A DNA stretch of 64,000 nt from Gemmatimonadota bacterium. Lineage in GTDB: Bacteria > Gemmatimonadota > Gemmatimonadetes > Gemmatimonadales > GWC2-71-9. Position 1 is the first letter of the stretch. The number at the start of each line of letters is the position of its first letter. Under the pieces are notes generated by a model, which saw only the letters and a program-made list of their open reading frames with translations, did no database searches and was not told where the DNA came from. Positions 29,040 through 38,871 of this stretch are shown piece by piece. The position numbers and the translations under genes are program-made. Location of the stretch: positions 1,270 through 65,269 of the forward strand of contig QHUY01000028.1 in NCBI GenBank assembly GCA_003223415.1, read 5' to 3'.

Positions 29040-31225
29040 CCGTCCCGCGCTTCGTCCCCGCCCGTGGCATCAGCCTGCGCATGCTGCTGATCCTGCTGGT
29101 GCTGGTCGGGAGCCTTTTCGGCGGGGTGCCTTCTCTGTACCTCGGCTTCGTGGTCGGCTCCCCCGCGTTCACGCTGGGATCCGGGACCGAGGCGATCGTC
29201 GCGCTGCTCGAGGACCTGGACCGGCGGCACAGCGCTCTCGACCGAGCGCACGGCGTCGCGCGGTCCCTCGTCGCGGGACGGCACTGGCCCGGTGCGGCGG
29301 GGAGGCTGGCCCGTCTGGCAGCGCTGGGGAGCGTGCGCGCCGCGCCGCAGCCGTACGCGCAAGTCAATCCCGCGTTGCGGGTGCGGTTGGGGCGCACCGA
29401 CGAAGCGATGTCCCAGCTCGGCAACATGCTCTCCGAGATCGGGGCGATGGTGGAGTTGCGTCGCTCCGCGGAGGCGCGTCGGCGGCTGCTGCAGGCGGAT
29501 TCCCTGCACGCGGTGGTCGATGTGGAGATGTCGGGGGCGGCATCGCTCGGGCGATCGGAGCTGATCGATCGGCAACGTAACCTGCAAGCGGCGGCGCAGG
29601 AGGCGACGCGGGATACGGCGCTGTGGCTGCTGGCCGGCGCGTGCCTGGTGCCGTTGCTGGTGATCGTCGTCCGGCGGCGCATTTGGCAGCCGCTCGCGAG
29701 CCTTGAGCAGGGCTTGACCAAGGTCTCCGAGGGCGACCTCACCGCGCAGGTGCCGGTGGGGAAGGACGACGAATTGGGCAGGCTGGCCGAGCACTTCAAC
29801 GCCATGACGTACGTGCTGCGCGACCGCGCCGAGGAGCAGGGCCGCTTCGCGGCGGCGGGGGAGCTGCTGGCGGGAATCGCCCACGAGGTGAACAACCCCC
29901 TGATGGCGATCGCGGCCCACGCCGAGGGGCGGCTCGCCGAGCCGGGCGGCAGCGCGGAGCAACGCGCGGAGATGCAGCAGATCCTGCGGCAGGCGCAGCG
30001 CGCCACGAAGCTGCTGCGCGGCCTGCTGCGCTTCGTGCGCGCCGGCGAGCGCCGGGTCACGAACGTCAACCTCAACGAGATCGTGCGCGCCGCCCTCGAC
30101 CTGGTTTCGTATCGGTTCGTCGTCGACGAGATCACCGTCAGTGGTCGCCTGGACCAGACGTTGCCGCCCGTGGACGCCGACGGCAACCGGCTCGAGCAGG
30201 TGATGGTCAATCTGCTCAGCAACGCGCTCGACGCTCTGCGCACAGTGCGGCCCCCGCGCGTGCTGACGGTGGACTCGTGGCTGGAGGTGGAGCGGGTCCA
30301 CGTCGCGGTGCAGGACAACGGGCCGGGCATCGCGCCGGAGATCGCCGAACGGCTGTTCCGGCCGTTCGCCACCACCAAGGGGCGCCGCGGCACCGGGCTG
30401 GGCCTGTACATCTCCCGCCAGCTCGTGCGTGAAGTGGGCGGTGATCTCACGGTCACGTCGCACCCGGGGGCCGGAGCGCGCTTCGTGGTCACCCTGCCGA
30501 TCGGCACGCTCGCGCCGGCGCCAATTCCCGAGCCTGCGGCGCCGGCTGCCGCGCCGACGTATCCGCTGGCGGGAGTGCGCGTCCTTCTGGTGGACGACGA
30601 AGAACCGATTCGCCGCCCCATCGCCCGCTTCCTGGCGCGCCGCGGCGCCGTGGTGACCGAGGCGGCGGACGGCGTGGCAGCGCTGGAGCTGTTGAACGGC
30701 GAGCCCGTGGATGTGATCCTCGCGGACCTGCGGATGCCCCGGCTGGACGGGCCCGGACTGCACGCGCGCCTGCAGGCGACGCGGCCGGCCCTCGCCGAGC
30801 GGATGCTGTTTCTGTCGGGGGACATCACCCAGCTGGCGGGCCGCGGCCTCGCGCCGATGCCCCGCGAGCGCCTGCTGGTCAAGCCGGTGGAGCTGAGCGA
30901 GCTGCAGCACCGCATCGAGGAATTCCTCAAAGGGACGGGAGGCGGGCGCGTGCTGATCGTCGGAGTGCTGCTGGTGACGGTGCTGATGCGCTATGTGATG
31001 GTAGGCTGCGTCGTGTACTTCCTCCTGCCCCGCGGCACTCTCTGCCCGGCGTGCGGGATCGAGATGCTGCCCATCCGCCATCTGGTGCTCGACCGCGTGT
31101 TCCCGTGGCTGCAGCGGCGCTGGTGTTTGGGGTGCGGGTGGAACGGCGTGGTGCGGCGCGAGCCGCCGGCCCGGGAAGAGCTCCCCACTCCCCGGGCACC
31201 CTCCCGGCCGGTCACTCGGGCGTGA
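29036..31225 (+). CDS. Hybrid sensor histidine kinase/response regulator with a C-terminal TM plus four-Cys tail
   Basis: Two N-terminal TM segments and a HAMP-like linker. H-box AHEVNNPL and ATPase motifs DNGPGI / GTGLGLYIS. Receiver domain LLVDDE...DLRMPRLDG...KP. The tail is 30947-31225. Confidence 0.85.
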   Translation: MTVPRFVPARGISLRMLLILLVLVGSLFGGVPSLYLGFVVGSPAFTLGSGTEAIVALLEDLDRRHSALDRAHGVARSLVAGRHWPGAAGRLARLAALGSVRAAPQPYAQVNPALRVRLGRTDEAMSQLGNMLSEIGAMVELRRSAEARRRLLQADSLHAVVDVEMSGAASLGRSELIDRQRNLQAAAQEATRDTALWLLAGACLVPLLVIVVRRRIWQPLASLEQGLTKVSEGDLTAQVPVGKDDELGRLAEHFNAMTYVLRDRAEEQGRFAAAGELLAGIAHEVNNPLMAIAAHAEGRLAEPGGSAEQRAEMQQILRQAQRATKLLRGLLRFVRAGERRVTNVNLNEIVRAALDLVSYRFVVDEITVSGRLDQTLPPVDADGNRLEQVMVNLLSNALDALRTVRPPRVLTVDSWLEVERVHVAVQDNGPGIAPEIAERLFRPFATTKGRRGTGLGLYISRQLVREVGGDLTVTSHPGAGARFVVTLPIGTLAPAPIPEPAAPAAAPTYPLAGVRVLLVDDEEPIRRPIARFLARRGAVVTEAADGVAALELLNGEPVDVILADLRMPRLDGPGLHARLQATRPALAERMLFLSGDITQLAGRGLAPMPRERLLVKPVELSELQHRIEEFLKGTGGGRVLIVGVLLVTVLMRYVMVGCVVYFLLPRGTLCPACGIEMLPIRHLVLDRVFPWLQRRWCLGCGWNGVVRREPPAREELPTPRAPSRPVTRA

Positions 31226-32450
31226 TGATCCGCACGGCCCGCTCATAGAAGAAGTAATCCCACGCCCAGTTGATCAGCACGAGCAGCTTGTTGCGGAACC
31301 CGATCAGCTGGATCAGGTGCACCACCAACCACACGACCCACGCCGGGAAGCCCTTGAACGCGAAGCCTCTGATGTAGGCCACCGCCGCGTTGCGCCCGAT
31401 CGTCGCGAGCGAGCCGGGATCGCGGTAGCGGAACGGCCGCGGTGGCTCGCCGCGCAGCGTGCGGAGCACGTTCCGCGCGGCCGTCTCGGCCATCTGGATC
31501 GCCACGGGAGCCATCATCGCCAGCGCCTGACCCTCGGCTTCGAGGTAGGCCGCGTCCCCGACCACGGAGACAGCGGGCTGCCCAGGGACCTGCAGCGTCG
31601 GTTCGACGACGATGCGTCCCTGCCGCGCCGTCCGCAGGCCAAGCCGCCGCGCCAGGCCCGCCGCCTGCACCCCCGCCGCCCAGAGGAGTGTGCGCGCCGG
31701 AATCACCTCGCCGCCCTTGAGCCGCACCCGGGACCCGTCGAACTCCTCCACGGCGGCGCCGAAGCGCACCTCGACGTGCTTCTTCCACAACGTGTCGGCC
31801 GCCGCCTCGCGCAGCTTCGCGGGCATCGCCCCCAGCAGCTTGTCCGTCGCCTCGAGGAGCAGGACGCGGACGTTGGCGATATTGAGCCGCGGGTAGTCCT
31901 TCACGAGGACGAGCCGGATCAGCTCGGCGAGGGCGCCGGCCATTTCGACGCCGGTCGGGCCGCCGCCCACGACCACCAGGGTGAGCAGGGCGCGGCGCCG
32001 GTCCGGATCCTCCTCGAGCATCGCCTGCTCGAAGCAGCGCAGCACGTGGTTGCGGATCGCCACGGCCTCGGGGATGTCTTTGAGGCCGATCCCGTTGCGC
32101 TGCACGCTTTCGAGCCCGAAGAAGTTCGTCTCTCCGCCGAGTGCGAGAATGAGATGGTCGTAGGCCATCGGGCCGGCGTCGGTCACTACGCGGCGCGCGG
32201 CGAAGTCCACGCCGGTCACCTCCGCGAGCCGGAATTCGAGGTTCGCCTGGCCGCGCAAGATCGCCCGCACCGGCTTGGCGATCTGCTCGGGCTCAAGCCC
32301 CGCGGTCGCCACCTGATACAGGAGCGGTTGGAAGAGATGGTAGTTGTGCCGGTCGATCAGGATCACCTCGACCGGGGCGCGGCGCAGCGTCCGCGCCGCG
32401 CGCAGCCCACCGAATCCGGCGCCGACAATGACGACCGTGGGGCGGCTCAT
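31212..32450 (-). CDS. ndh: Type II NADH dehydrogenase (NDH-2)
   Basis: Two Rossmann motifs, VVIVGAGFGG and VVVGGGPTGVE. 412 aa. Confidence 0.85.
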   Translation of the reverse strand: MSRPTVVIVGAGFGGLRAARTLRRAPVEVILIDRHNYHLFQPLLYQVATAGLEPEQIAKPVRAILRGQANLEFRLAEVTGVDFAARRVVTDAGPMAYDHLILALGGETNFFGLESVQRNGIGLKDIPEAVAIRNHVLRCFEQAMLEEDPDRRRALLTLVVVGGGPTGVEMAGALAELIRLVLVKDYPRLNIANVRVLLLEATDKLLGAMPAKLREAAADTLWKKHVEVRFGAAVEEFDGSRVRLKGGEVIPARTLLWAAGVQAAGLARRLGLRTARQGRIVVEPTLQVPGQPAVSVVGDAAYLEAEGQALAMMAPVAIQMAETAARNVLRTLRGEPPRPFRYRDPGSLATIGRNAAVAYIRGFAFKGFPAWVVWLVVHLIQLIGFRNKLLVLINWAWDYFFYERAVRIITPE

Positions 32451-32465
32451 GCGCGCGCCGCGGAG

Positions 32466-32822
32466 CTACTCCAGGACCACCGCCGTCCCGTAGCACAGGA
32501 CCTCGGTCGAGGCGCTGCGATTGCCGCCGACGTCGGCGGCGTCGTAGCGCACGCCGACGATCGCGTTGGCGCCCAGCTGCCGGGCGTGCTCCACCATGTA
32601 ATCGTACGCCGTCTGGCGCGCCTGCTCGCACATCTCGGTGTAGGCGCCGATCTGGCCGCCGACGATCGCCTTCAGGCCGCCCAGAATGCCCTGCCCGATC
32701 GTGGGCGCGCGCACGGTGATGCCGCGCACCAAGCCTTTGTACTCGCGGATGCGCCGGTTCTGGATGTCGAACGTCGTGGACACGAGCATGGACGACTGGA
32801 TCGCCATGAGGACCTCCGTCAA
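32466..32822 (-). CDS. YbjQ/UPF0145 family protein
   Basis: 118 aa. Family-typical GANAIVGVRYD and YGTAVV. Confidence 0.75.
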   Translation of the reverse strand: MTEVLMAIQSSMLVSTTFDIQNRRIREYKGLVRGITVRAPTIGQGILGGLKAIVGGQIGAYTEMCEQARQTAYDYMVEHARQLGANAIVGVRYDAADVGGNRSASTEVLCYGTAVVLE

Positions 32823-33578
32823 TCAGTCGTTGGACTTCCCGGTCAGCTTCCGCCAGAGCGCCGCCAGGGGATCATAGTGCGCGTCCACCACCCGCTCCTT
32901 GAGGGGGATGATGGCGTTGTCGGTGATGGTGATCGACTCCGGGCAGACCTCCGTGCAGCACTTCGTGATGTTGCACAAGGCGATGCCGCCCTCGGTCTTC
33001 AGGAAGTCGCGCCGCTCCGCCACGTCGAGCGGATGGGTTTCGTAGGCGGCGGCGCGCACCAGGAAGGCGGGCCCGATGAATTCCTGGTGCTTCCCGTGCG
33101 TGCGGAGGACGTGGCACACGTCCTGGCACAGGAAGCACTCGATGCACTTCCGGAACTCCTGCGGTCGCTCCACTTCGTATTGGAACATCCGCCACGTCCC
33201 GTCCGGAGCATCGGGCGTGCGGGGCCGGAAGCCGGGGATCCGCTTGTTGACCTCGTAGTTCCAGGAGACATCGGTCACCAGGTCCCGGACGAGCGGGAAG
33301 GCCTTCATCGGCGTGATCGTGATCGGCTGCTCGACGGGATAGTCCGAGAGCCGGGTCATGCACATCAGCTTGGGTCGCCCGTTGACCTCGGCCGAGCACG
33401 AGCCGCACTTCCCCGCCTTGCAGTTCCAGCGCACCGCGAGGTCCGGCGCCTGCTCCGCCTGGATCTTGTGGACGGCGTCGAGCACCACCATGCCTTCCCC
33501 GGCCTCGACCGCGTACTCCTTCAGCTCCCCGGAGCTCCGAGTCCCTCGGAAGATCCGCAACCGGCGCTGCTCGCTCAC
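32823..33578 (-). CDS. sdhB: Succinate dehydrogenase/fumarate reductase iron-sulfur subunit
   Basis: CKAGKCGSCSAEVNG (2Fe-2S), CIECFLCQDVC and CTEVCP clusters. 251 aa. Confidence 0.92.
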   Translation of the reverse strand: MSEQRRLRIFRGTRSSGELKEYAVEAGEGMVVLDAVHKIQAEQAPDLAVRWNCKAGKCGSCSAEVNGRPKLMCMTRLSDYPVEQPITITPMKAFPLVRDLVTDVSWNYEVNKRIPGFRPRTPDAPDGTWRMFQYEVERPQEFRKCIECFLCQDVCHVLRTHGKHQEFIGPAFLVRAAAYETHPLDVAERRDFLKTEGGIALCNITKCCTEVCPESITITDNAIIPLKERVVDAHYDPLAALWRKLTGKSND

Positions 33579-33579
33579 G

Positions 33580-35379
33580 TCACGCCCCTTCCTTAATCAG
33601 CTTGGCGAGGTCGGCCGGCAGCTCGGGCTGAGCTTCCCAGCGGACCGTCATCCGGTCCGCGTCGCGCCGCACCACGACCTGACGGCGCTCCTGCTTGGGG
33701 TCCGAGTCGGGGTGATCGCCGCGCGTGTGGGCGCCACGACTCTCGGTGCGCTCGAGCGCAGCGCGGGCGGTCATCTCCGACACGGCGAGTAGGGAGCGCA
33801 GGTCGAGCGCGGTGTGCCACCCCGGATTGTACTCCCGGCTGCCCGCGATGCCCACGTGGCGCGCGCGCTCGGTGAGCCGCTCCAGCTCGGCGAGCGTCTG
33901 CTCGAGTCCCGAGCGGTCGCGCACGATCCCCGCCTTGCGCTGCATCACGTCTTGCAGCGCCGCCTGCACCGCGAACGGATTCTCCCCGGTGGGGCGCTCG
34001 AAGGGTGCCAGCGCGCCCTGTACCGCGGCGTCGACCGCCGCGCGCGGACTCGCCGGCGGCCGGCCGCGCCGCTTGGCGAGCTCGGCCGCGTGCTGTCCCG
34101 CGCGCCGGCCGAACACCAGCAGGTCCGAGAGCGAGTTTCCCCCCAGCCGGTTCGCGCCGTGCATGCCGCCGGCGACCTCCCCGGCCGCGAACAGCCCCGG
34201 CACCGTGGACATCTGGCTCTCGGCGTCCACTTTGACGCCGCCCATCACGTAGTGCGTCGTCGGGCCGATCTCCATCGGATCCTTCGTGATGTCCACGTCC
34301 GCCAGCTCCTTGAACTGGTGGTACATGCTCGGCAGCTTCTGCTTGATGAAGTCCGCCGGGCGCTTGGAGGCGATGTCGAGGAAGACGCCGCCATGCGGGG
34401 TGCCGCGCCCGTCCTCGATCTCCTTGACGATTGCCTTCGACACGACGTCCCGGGTCAGCAGCTCCGGCGGCCGGCGGTTCTTCATCCGGTCGCCCGTCAC
34501 CCAGGCGTCGGCCTCCTGCTCGGTGGCGGCGAAGTCCCCCTTGAACATCTCGGGCATGTAGCGGAACATGAATCGCTCGCCCTGCGAGTTCCGCAATACG
34601 CCGCCTTCACCCCGCACACCCTCCGTCACCAGGATCCCGCGCACGCTGGGCGGCCAGACCATGGCCGTCGGATGGAACTGGACGAATTCCATGTCGATGA
34701 GCTCGGCACCGGCGTCGTAGGCGAGGTAGTGGCCGTCACCGGTGTACTCCCAGGAGTTGGACGTCACCTGCCATGCTTTCCCGATGCCGCCCGTCGCGAG
34801 CACGACGGCGCCGGCGCGGAACAGCGCGAACCGCCCGGTCTCGCGGAAGTAGCCGAGGGCGCCGGCCGCCCGCTCGTCCACGACCAGGACCTTGATGACC
34901 GTGCACTCCATGTGCACTTCGACGCCCGCATGCACGGCTTTGTCCTGCAGGACGCGGATCATCTCGAGCCCGGTGCGGTCGCCCACGTGCGCCAGGCGCT
35001 GGTAGGTGTGGCCGCCGAAGGGCCGCTGGTTGATGCGACCGTCCGCCGTACGGTCGAACAGCGCGCCCCACGCCTCGAGCTCGCGGATCCGGTCCGGCGC
35101 CTCCTGAGCGTGGATCTGGGCCATGCGCCAGTTGTTGTGCATCTTCCCGCCGCGCATGGTGTCGCGGAAGTGCACCCGCCAGTTGTCCTGGTCGACCACC
35201 GTGCCCAGCGCCGCGGCCGCGCCGCCCTCGGCCATGACCGTGTGGGCTTTGCCGAGGAGCGACTTGCAGATCAGGGCGACCTTCGCACCGTGGGCCGCGG
35301 CCTCGATGGCGGCGCGCAGCCCCGCGCCGCCCGCGCCGATCACCAGGACATCGTGCTCGTAGCTCCGGACGTCGCCCAC
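33580..35379 (-). CDS. sdhA: Succinate dehydrogenase/fumarate reductase flavoprotein subunit
   Basis: VLVIGAGGAGLRAA and AHTVMAEGG (FAD histidine region). The GTG start overlaps the sdhC TAG by 1 nt. 599 aa. Confidence 0.92.
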   Translation of the reverse strand: MGDVRSYEHDVLVIGAGGAGLRAAIEAAAHGAKVALICKSLLGKAHTVMAEGGAAAALGTVVDQDNWRVHFRDTMRGGKMHNNWRMAQIHAQEAPDRIRELEAWGALFDRTADGRINQRPFGGHTYQRLAHVGDRTGLEMIRVLQDKAVHAGVEVHMECTVIKVLVVDERAAGALGYFRETGRFALFRAGAVVLATGGIGKAWQVTSNSWEYTGDGHYLAYDAGAELIDMEFVQFHPTAMVWPPSVRGILVTEGVRGEGGVLRNSQGERFMFRYMPEMFKGDFAATEQEADAWVTGDRMKNRRPPELLTRDVVSKAIVKEIEDGRGTPHGGVFLDIASKRPADFIKQKLPSMYHQFKELADVDITKDPMEIGPTTHYVMGGVKVDAESQMSTVPGLFAAGEVAGGMHGANRLGGNSLSDLLVFGRRAGQHAAELAKRRGRPPASPRAAVDAAVQGALAPFERPTGENPFAVQAALQDVMQRKAGIVRDRSGLEQTLAELERLTERARHVGIAGSREYNPGWHTALDLRSLLAVSEMTARAALERTESRGAHTRGDHPDSDPKQERRQVVVRRDADRMTVRWEAQPELPADLAKLIKEGA

Positions 35380-36176
35380 TACAGGATCCGGATGTCGGTG
35401 ATCACACCCATCGCGCAGAGGCGGATGTAGAGGTCGGTGAGGGCCACGGAAAAGAGGGAGCACCACGCCCATGTCATGTGGTGGCGGTTCAGCCCGCTCA
35501 CTCCGCGCCACAGCCGATAGCGGAGCTGGCCGGCGCGCGCGCAGGAGAAGCAGTCCACCTGGCCGCCGACCAGGTGTCGCAGCGAATGACACCCGAACGT
35601 GTAGCACGCCAGCAGCCCGACGTTGGCCGCCATGACGATTGTGCCGAGGCCGATGCCGAAGGTGCGCGGGCTGCCGGCGGGGATGATGCCCGCCGCCCGC
35701 CAGGCGCCGTCGACCGGCCAGCGCAGCGCCAGGATCACGTCGTAACTCAGAATGAAGATGAACACCACCGCCGCGTACATGAAGAAGCGGTGGACGTTCT
35801 GCAGCAGGAAGGGAAGCTTGGACTCCCCCTTGTAGCCGTGCCGCGCCTCGCCCACCGCGCACGCGACGGGGTCGAGGAAGAACGCCCGATAGTAGGCCTT
35901 GCGGTAGTAGTAGCACGTCACGCGGAAGCCGAGCGGGAAGACGAGGATGAGGAACGCCGGGGAGAGCGGCCACCAGGACGTCTGGATGAGCGGCGAGTAG
36001 AAGGGCGAGAGGTAGGGCCCCCACTCATAGTGCGTCCCGGTCCCCGCCGCCCACGTCGCGTACACCGCGAACGAGAGCAGGACGGTGGCCGTCAGTGCCG
36101 GCGCCACCCACCAGGAGTCGCGCCGCAGCGTCGCGCCGAAGCCCCCCTCGTGCAGGTCTCGCAGCGAAGTTGCCAT
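35379..36176 (-). CDS. sdhC: Succinate dehydrogenase cytochrome b subunit (single large 5-TM, b558-type)
   Basis: 265-aa polytopic protein immediately upstream of sdhA, with conserved His residues in TM segments. Confidence 0.75.
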   Translation of the reverse strand: MATSLRDLHEGGFGATLRRDSWWVAPALTATVLLSFAVYATWAAGTGTHYEWGPYLSPFYSPLIQTSWWPLSPAFLILVFPLGFRVTCYYYRKAYYRAFFLDPVACAVGEARHGYKGESKLPFLLQNVHRFFMYAAVVFIFILSYDVILALRWPVDGAWRAAGIIPAGSPRTFGIGLGTIVMAANVGLLACYTFGCHSLRHLVGGQVDCFSCARAGQLRYRLWRGVSGLNRHHMTWAWCSLFSVALTDLYIRLCAMGVITDIRIL

Positions 36177-36187
36177 AGGCCTTCCAG

Positions 36188-37117
36188 TCAGAGTTTCACC
36201 GCCCCCATCGTCTGCTTCACGGCTTCCGCGGATTTACGCAGGTCCGCCGCTTCCTGGGACGTGAGCTGCACGGTGACGATCTGCTCCAGCCCCCGGCGGC
36301 CCAGCTTGCATGGCACCCCGCAGTACATCCCCGATAGCCCGTATTCCCCCTCCAGCCACGCCGCGCAGGGCAACATGCGCTTCTTGTCGAGCACGATGGC
36401 CTCGACCATCTGGGCCGCGGCGGCGGAGGGGGCGTAGTAGGCGGAGCCGGTCTTCAGGTACTGCACGATCTCGGCGCCGCCGTTGCGGGTACGGTCTACG
36501 ATCGCCTTGAGCGTGGCGTCGTCGAGCAGCTGGCCGACCGGGATGCCCGACACGGTCGTGTAGGAAACGAGCGGCACCATCGTGTCGCCGTGGCCACCCA
36601 GCACCATCGCCTGGATGTCCTCGACCGCGACGTCGAGCGCCTCGGCGAGGAACGCGCGGTAGCGGGCCGTGTCGAGCACGCCGGCCATGCCGATCACCCG
36701 CTCGCGGGGGAAACCGGTCACCTGCTTCGTGACCCAGCACATCACGTCGAGCGGGTTGGACACCACGATGACGATCGCCTGCGGCGAGGCCTTCTTGACC
36801 TGCTCGGAGACCTGCTTCACGATGTCGGCGTTGGTGCGCACCAGATCGTCGCGGCTCATGCCCGGCTTGCGCGCGATGCCGGCGGTGACGACGAACAGCT
36901 CGCTGCCCTGCGCCGGCCCGTAGTCGTTCGACCCGACGACGCGGGTGTCGAAGCCCTCGATCGGCGCCGACTGCCACTGGTCGAGTCCTTTGCCCTGCGG
37001 CACTCCCTCGATGACGTCGACGAGGACGACCGCGCGGGCGAGCTGCTTCTCGGCAAGGCGCTGCGCCGTCGTGGCACCGACATTCCCCGCACCGACGACC
37101 GTAATCTTGTTGAGCAT
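36188..37117 (-). CDS. mdh: Malate dehydrogenase (LDH-like family)
   Basis: [20 protein letters not shown] and [12 protein letters not shown] at 37117. 309 aa. Confidence 0.92.
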   Translation of the reverse strand: MLNKITVVGAGNVGATTAQRLAEKQLARAVVLVDVIEGVPQGKGLDQWQSAPIEGFDTRVVGSNDYGPAQGSELFVVTAGIARKPGMSRDDLVRTNADIVKQVSEQVKKASPQAIVIVVSNPLDVMCWVTKQVTGFPRERVIGMAGVLDTARYRAFLAEALDVAVEDIQAMVLGGHGDTMVPLVSYTTVSGIPVGQLLDDATLKAIVDRTRNGGAEIVQYLKTGSAYYAPSAAAAQMVEAIVLDKKRMLPCAAWLEGEYGLSGMYCGVPCKLGRRGLEQIVTVQLTSQEAADLRKSAEAVKQTMGAVKL

Positions 37118-37152
37118 GGAATCGGGTTGTGTGGAGGCGCCTAAAGCTAACC

Positions 37153-38130
37153 TCACCCGCCGCGCGTGTGCATCTCCCGGTGCGGGTCGGCGCGCAACGC
37201 CTCGCGCGGATACAACACGCCGCGCCGCTCCAGCGCCAGGCGCTCCTCGGCGCCGCGATCGCGGCGGCCGCGCCAGACGGAGGCGATCAGAGCCGCGAGC
37301 TCCGCGTCGCTCGCGCCCGCGCGCAACGGCTCACGGAGATCGACACCCTGCCCCGCGTACAGGCACAGGAACCAGGTGCCATCGGCCGTCAGCCGGCTGC
37401 GGTCGCAGCCGCGGCAGAACGGCATCGTCACGGATGCGATGATCCCGAACGTCGTCCCGTCGGGCAGCCGAAATCGCTCGGCGGGCGCCGACGCGTCATC
37501 GGTCGGGAGAGACTCGATCGGCCCGTAGCACCGGCCCAGCACGTCCAGCATCTCGCGCTGCGAGACCACCTGCTCGCGGGACCAGTGGGTCGCGCCGCCC
37601 ACGTCCATGTACTCGATGAACCGCACCTCGGCCGCGTGGGCGCGGGCGAACTCGATCAGGTCCGCCAGCTCGTCGTCGTTGTAGCCGCGGATCACCACTG
37701 TGTTGAGCTTCACCCGCTCGAATCCGGCGGCACGGGCCCCCGCGATTCCGTCGAGCACCTCCGCGTGTCGCGGGCTGCGGGTGAACGCCTGCATCCGCTC
37801 GGGCCGCAGCGTGTCGAGGCTGACGGTCACCCGCCGCAACCCCGCCTCCCGCAGCGGCCGGGCCCACCTCGCGAGCAGCAGCCCGTTGGTGGTCATGGCG
37901 AGGTCGCGGAGGTCGAGGCCCGCCAGCAGGCCGACCAGCGTCGGCAGATCGTGCCGCAGCAGCGGCTCCCCGCCGGTGAGCCGCACCTTGCGCGCGCCCA
38001 GCCCCGCGAACGCCGCGACCAGCCGCTTGATCTCCTCGAAGCTGAGGATCGAGGACTTGGGGAGCCAGACGTACTCGGCCTCGGGCATGCAGTAGCGGCA
38101 CCGCAGGTTGCAGCGGTCCGTCACCGACAC
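37153..38130 (-). CDS. moaA: GTP 3',8-cyclase MoaA (N-terminus appears short)
   Basis: Radical-SAM motif [16 protein letters not shown]. The only canonical start is the GTG at 38130, directly at the LRVSVTD motif. The upstream frame has no ATG/GTG/TTG before an in-frame TGA. Confidence 0.8.
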   Translation of the reverse strand: MSVTDRCNLRCRYCMPEAEYVWLPKSSILSFEEIKRLVAAFAGLGARKVRLTGGEPLLRHDLPTLVGLLAGLDLRDLAMTTNGLLLARWARPLREAGLRRVTVSLDTLRPERMQAFTRSPRHAEVLDGIAGARAAGFERVKLNTVVIRGYNDDELADLIEFARAHAAEVRFIEYMDVGGATHWSREQVVSQREMLDVLGRCYGPIESLPTDDASAPAERFRLPDGTTFGIIASVTMPFCRGCDRSRLTADGTWFLCLYAGQGVDLREPLRAGASDAELAALIASVWRGRRDRGAEERLALERRGVLYPREALRADPHREMHTRGG

Positions 38131-38560
38131 GCGCAGGCTGCCGAGGGGACCCGTGGGGATCCACCCACAGCGCGGAGCCGTCGGCCCGCAGCTCCTTCTT
38201 CCAGATGGGGAGTCGCTTCTTCACTTCCTCGACCACGTAGCGGCACGCGTCGAACGCGTGAGCGCGGTGCGGCGCCGCCGCGGCGATGACGATGCTCGCC
38301 TCCTCGGTCTCCACCAGGCCGAGCCGGTGCCGCAGCGCGATGCGGCTCTCGGGCCAGCGCTTCGTCGCTTCGGCCAGGATGCGGTCGAATTCCGCGTCCG
38401 CCATCGCGTCGTACGCGGAGTATTCGATTCCCGTCACACCGCCGTCCCCGGGAGCGTCGCGCACCGTGCCGAGAAAAACGCACGTCCCCCCCCGCTCCGG
38501 GCCGCCGACTTCACGGACGAGGACGTCGATCGAGATGGGACCTCGTGTCAAATGGCTCAT
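37496..38560 (-). CDS. moaE: Molybdopterin synthase catalytic subunit MoaE. Only about the first 140 codons (about 38141-38560) are MoaE-like, and the frame has no stop until 37496.
   Basis: MoaE signatures ([30 protein letters not shown]) end near ...[11 protein letters not shown]. The rest is Arg/Gly/Ala-rich read-through that overlaps moaA out of frame. Confidence 0.7.
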   Translation of the reverse strand: MSHLTRGPISIDVLVREVGGPERGGTCVFLGTVRDAPGDGGVTGIEYSAYDAMADAEFDRILAEATKRWPESRIALRHRLGLVETEEASIVIAAAAPHRAHAFDACRYVVEEVKKRLPIWKKELRADGSALWVDPHGSPRQPARVGDGPLQPAVPLLHARGRVRLAPQVLDPQLRGDQAAGRGVRGAGRAQGAAHRRGAAAAARSADAGRPAGGPRPPRPRHDHQRAAAREVGPAAAGGGVAAGDRQPRHAAARADAGVHPQPATRGGARRNRGGPCRRIRAGEAQHSGDPRLQRRRAGGPDRVRPRPRGRGAVHRVHGRGRRDPLVPRAGGLAARDAGRAGPVLRADRVSPDR

Positions 38561-38601
38561 ATCTCACCAGGGTGGGCTGACCCCCGGGCGGCGCCCCGGG
38601 G

Positions 38602-38850
38602 TCAGCCGCCCGCCAAAGGGGGCAATAGGGCCACTTCATCACCATCCACGACGGGGGCATCGAGCCTCGCGTGCCGCAGGTTCACCGCCGTGAGCGGCCG
38701 CTCGGGGAGCGCCCGGGTGCCGGGAAGCTGCTCACGCACGCGCCGTACGACATCCTCCACAGTGGCGGGGAGCGGCAGGTCGACGGCCGTGGTCTCGCAG
38801 CCGGCGAGCTCGGCGTAGCTCGCGAAGAAGCGCACTCGGACCATGCTCAT
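38602..38850 (-). CDS. moaD: Molybdopterin synthase sulfur-carrier subunit MoaD
   Basis: 82 aa, ubiquitin-like, with a C-terminal PPLAGG (Gly-Gly). Confidence 0.85.
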   Translation of the reverse strand: MSMVRVRFFASYAELAGCETTAVDLPLPATVEDVVRRVREQLPGTRALPERPLTAVNLRHARLDAPVVDGDEVALLPPLAGG

Positions 38851-38871
38851 GAGCAGAGAGTATAGCCCCAG

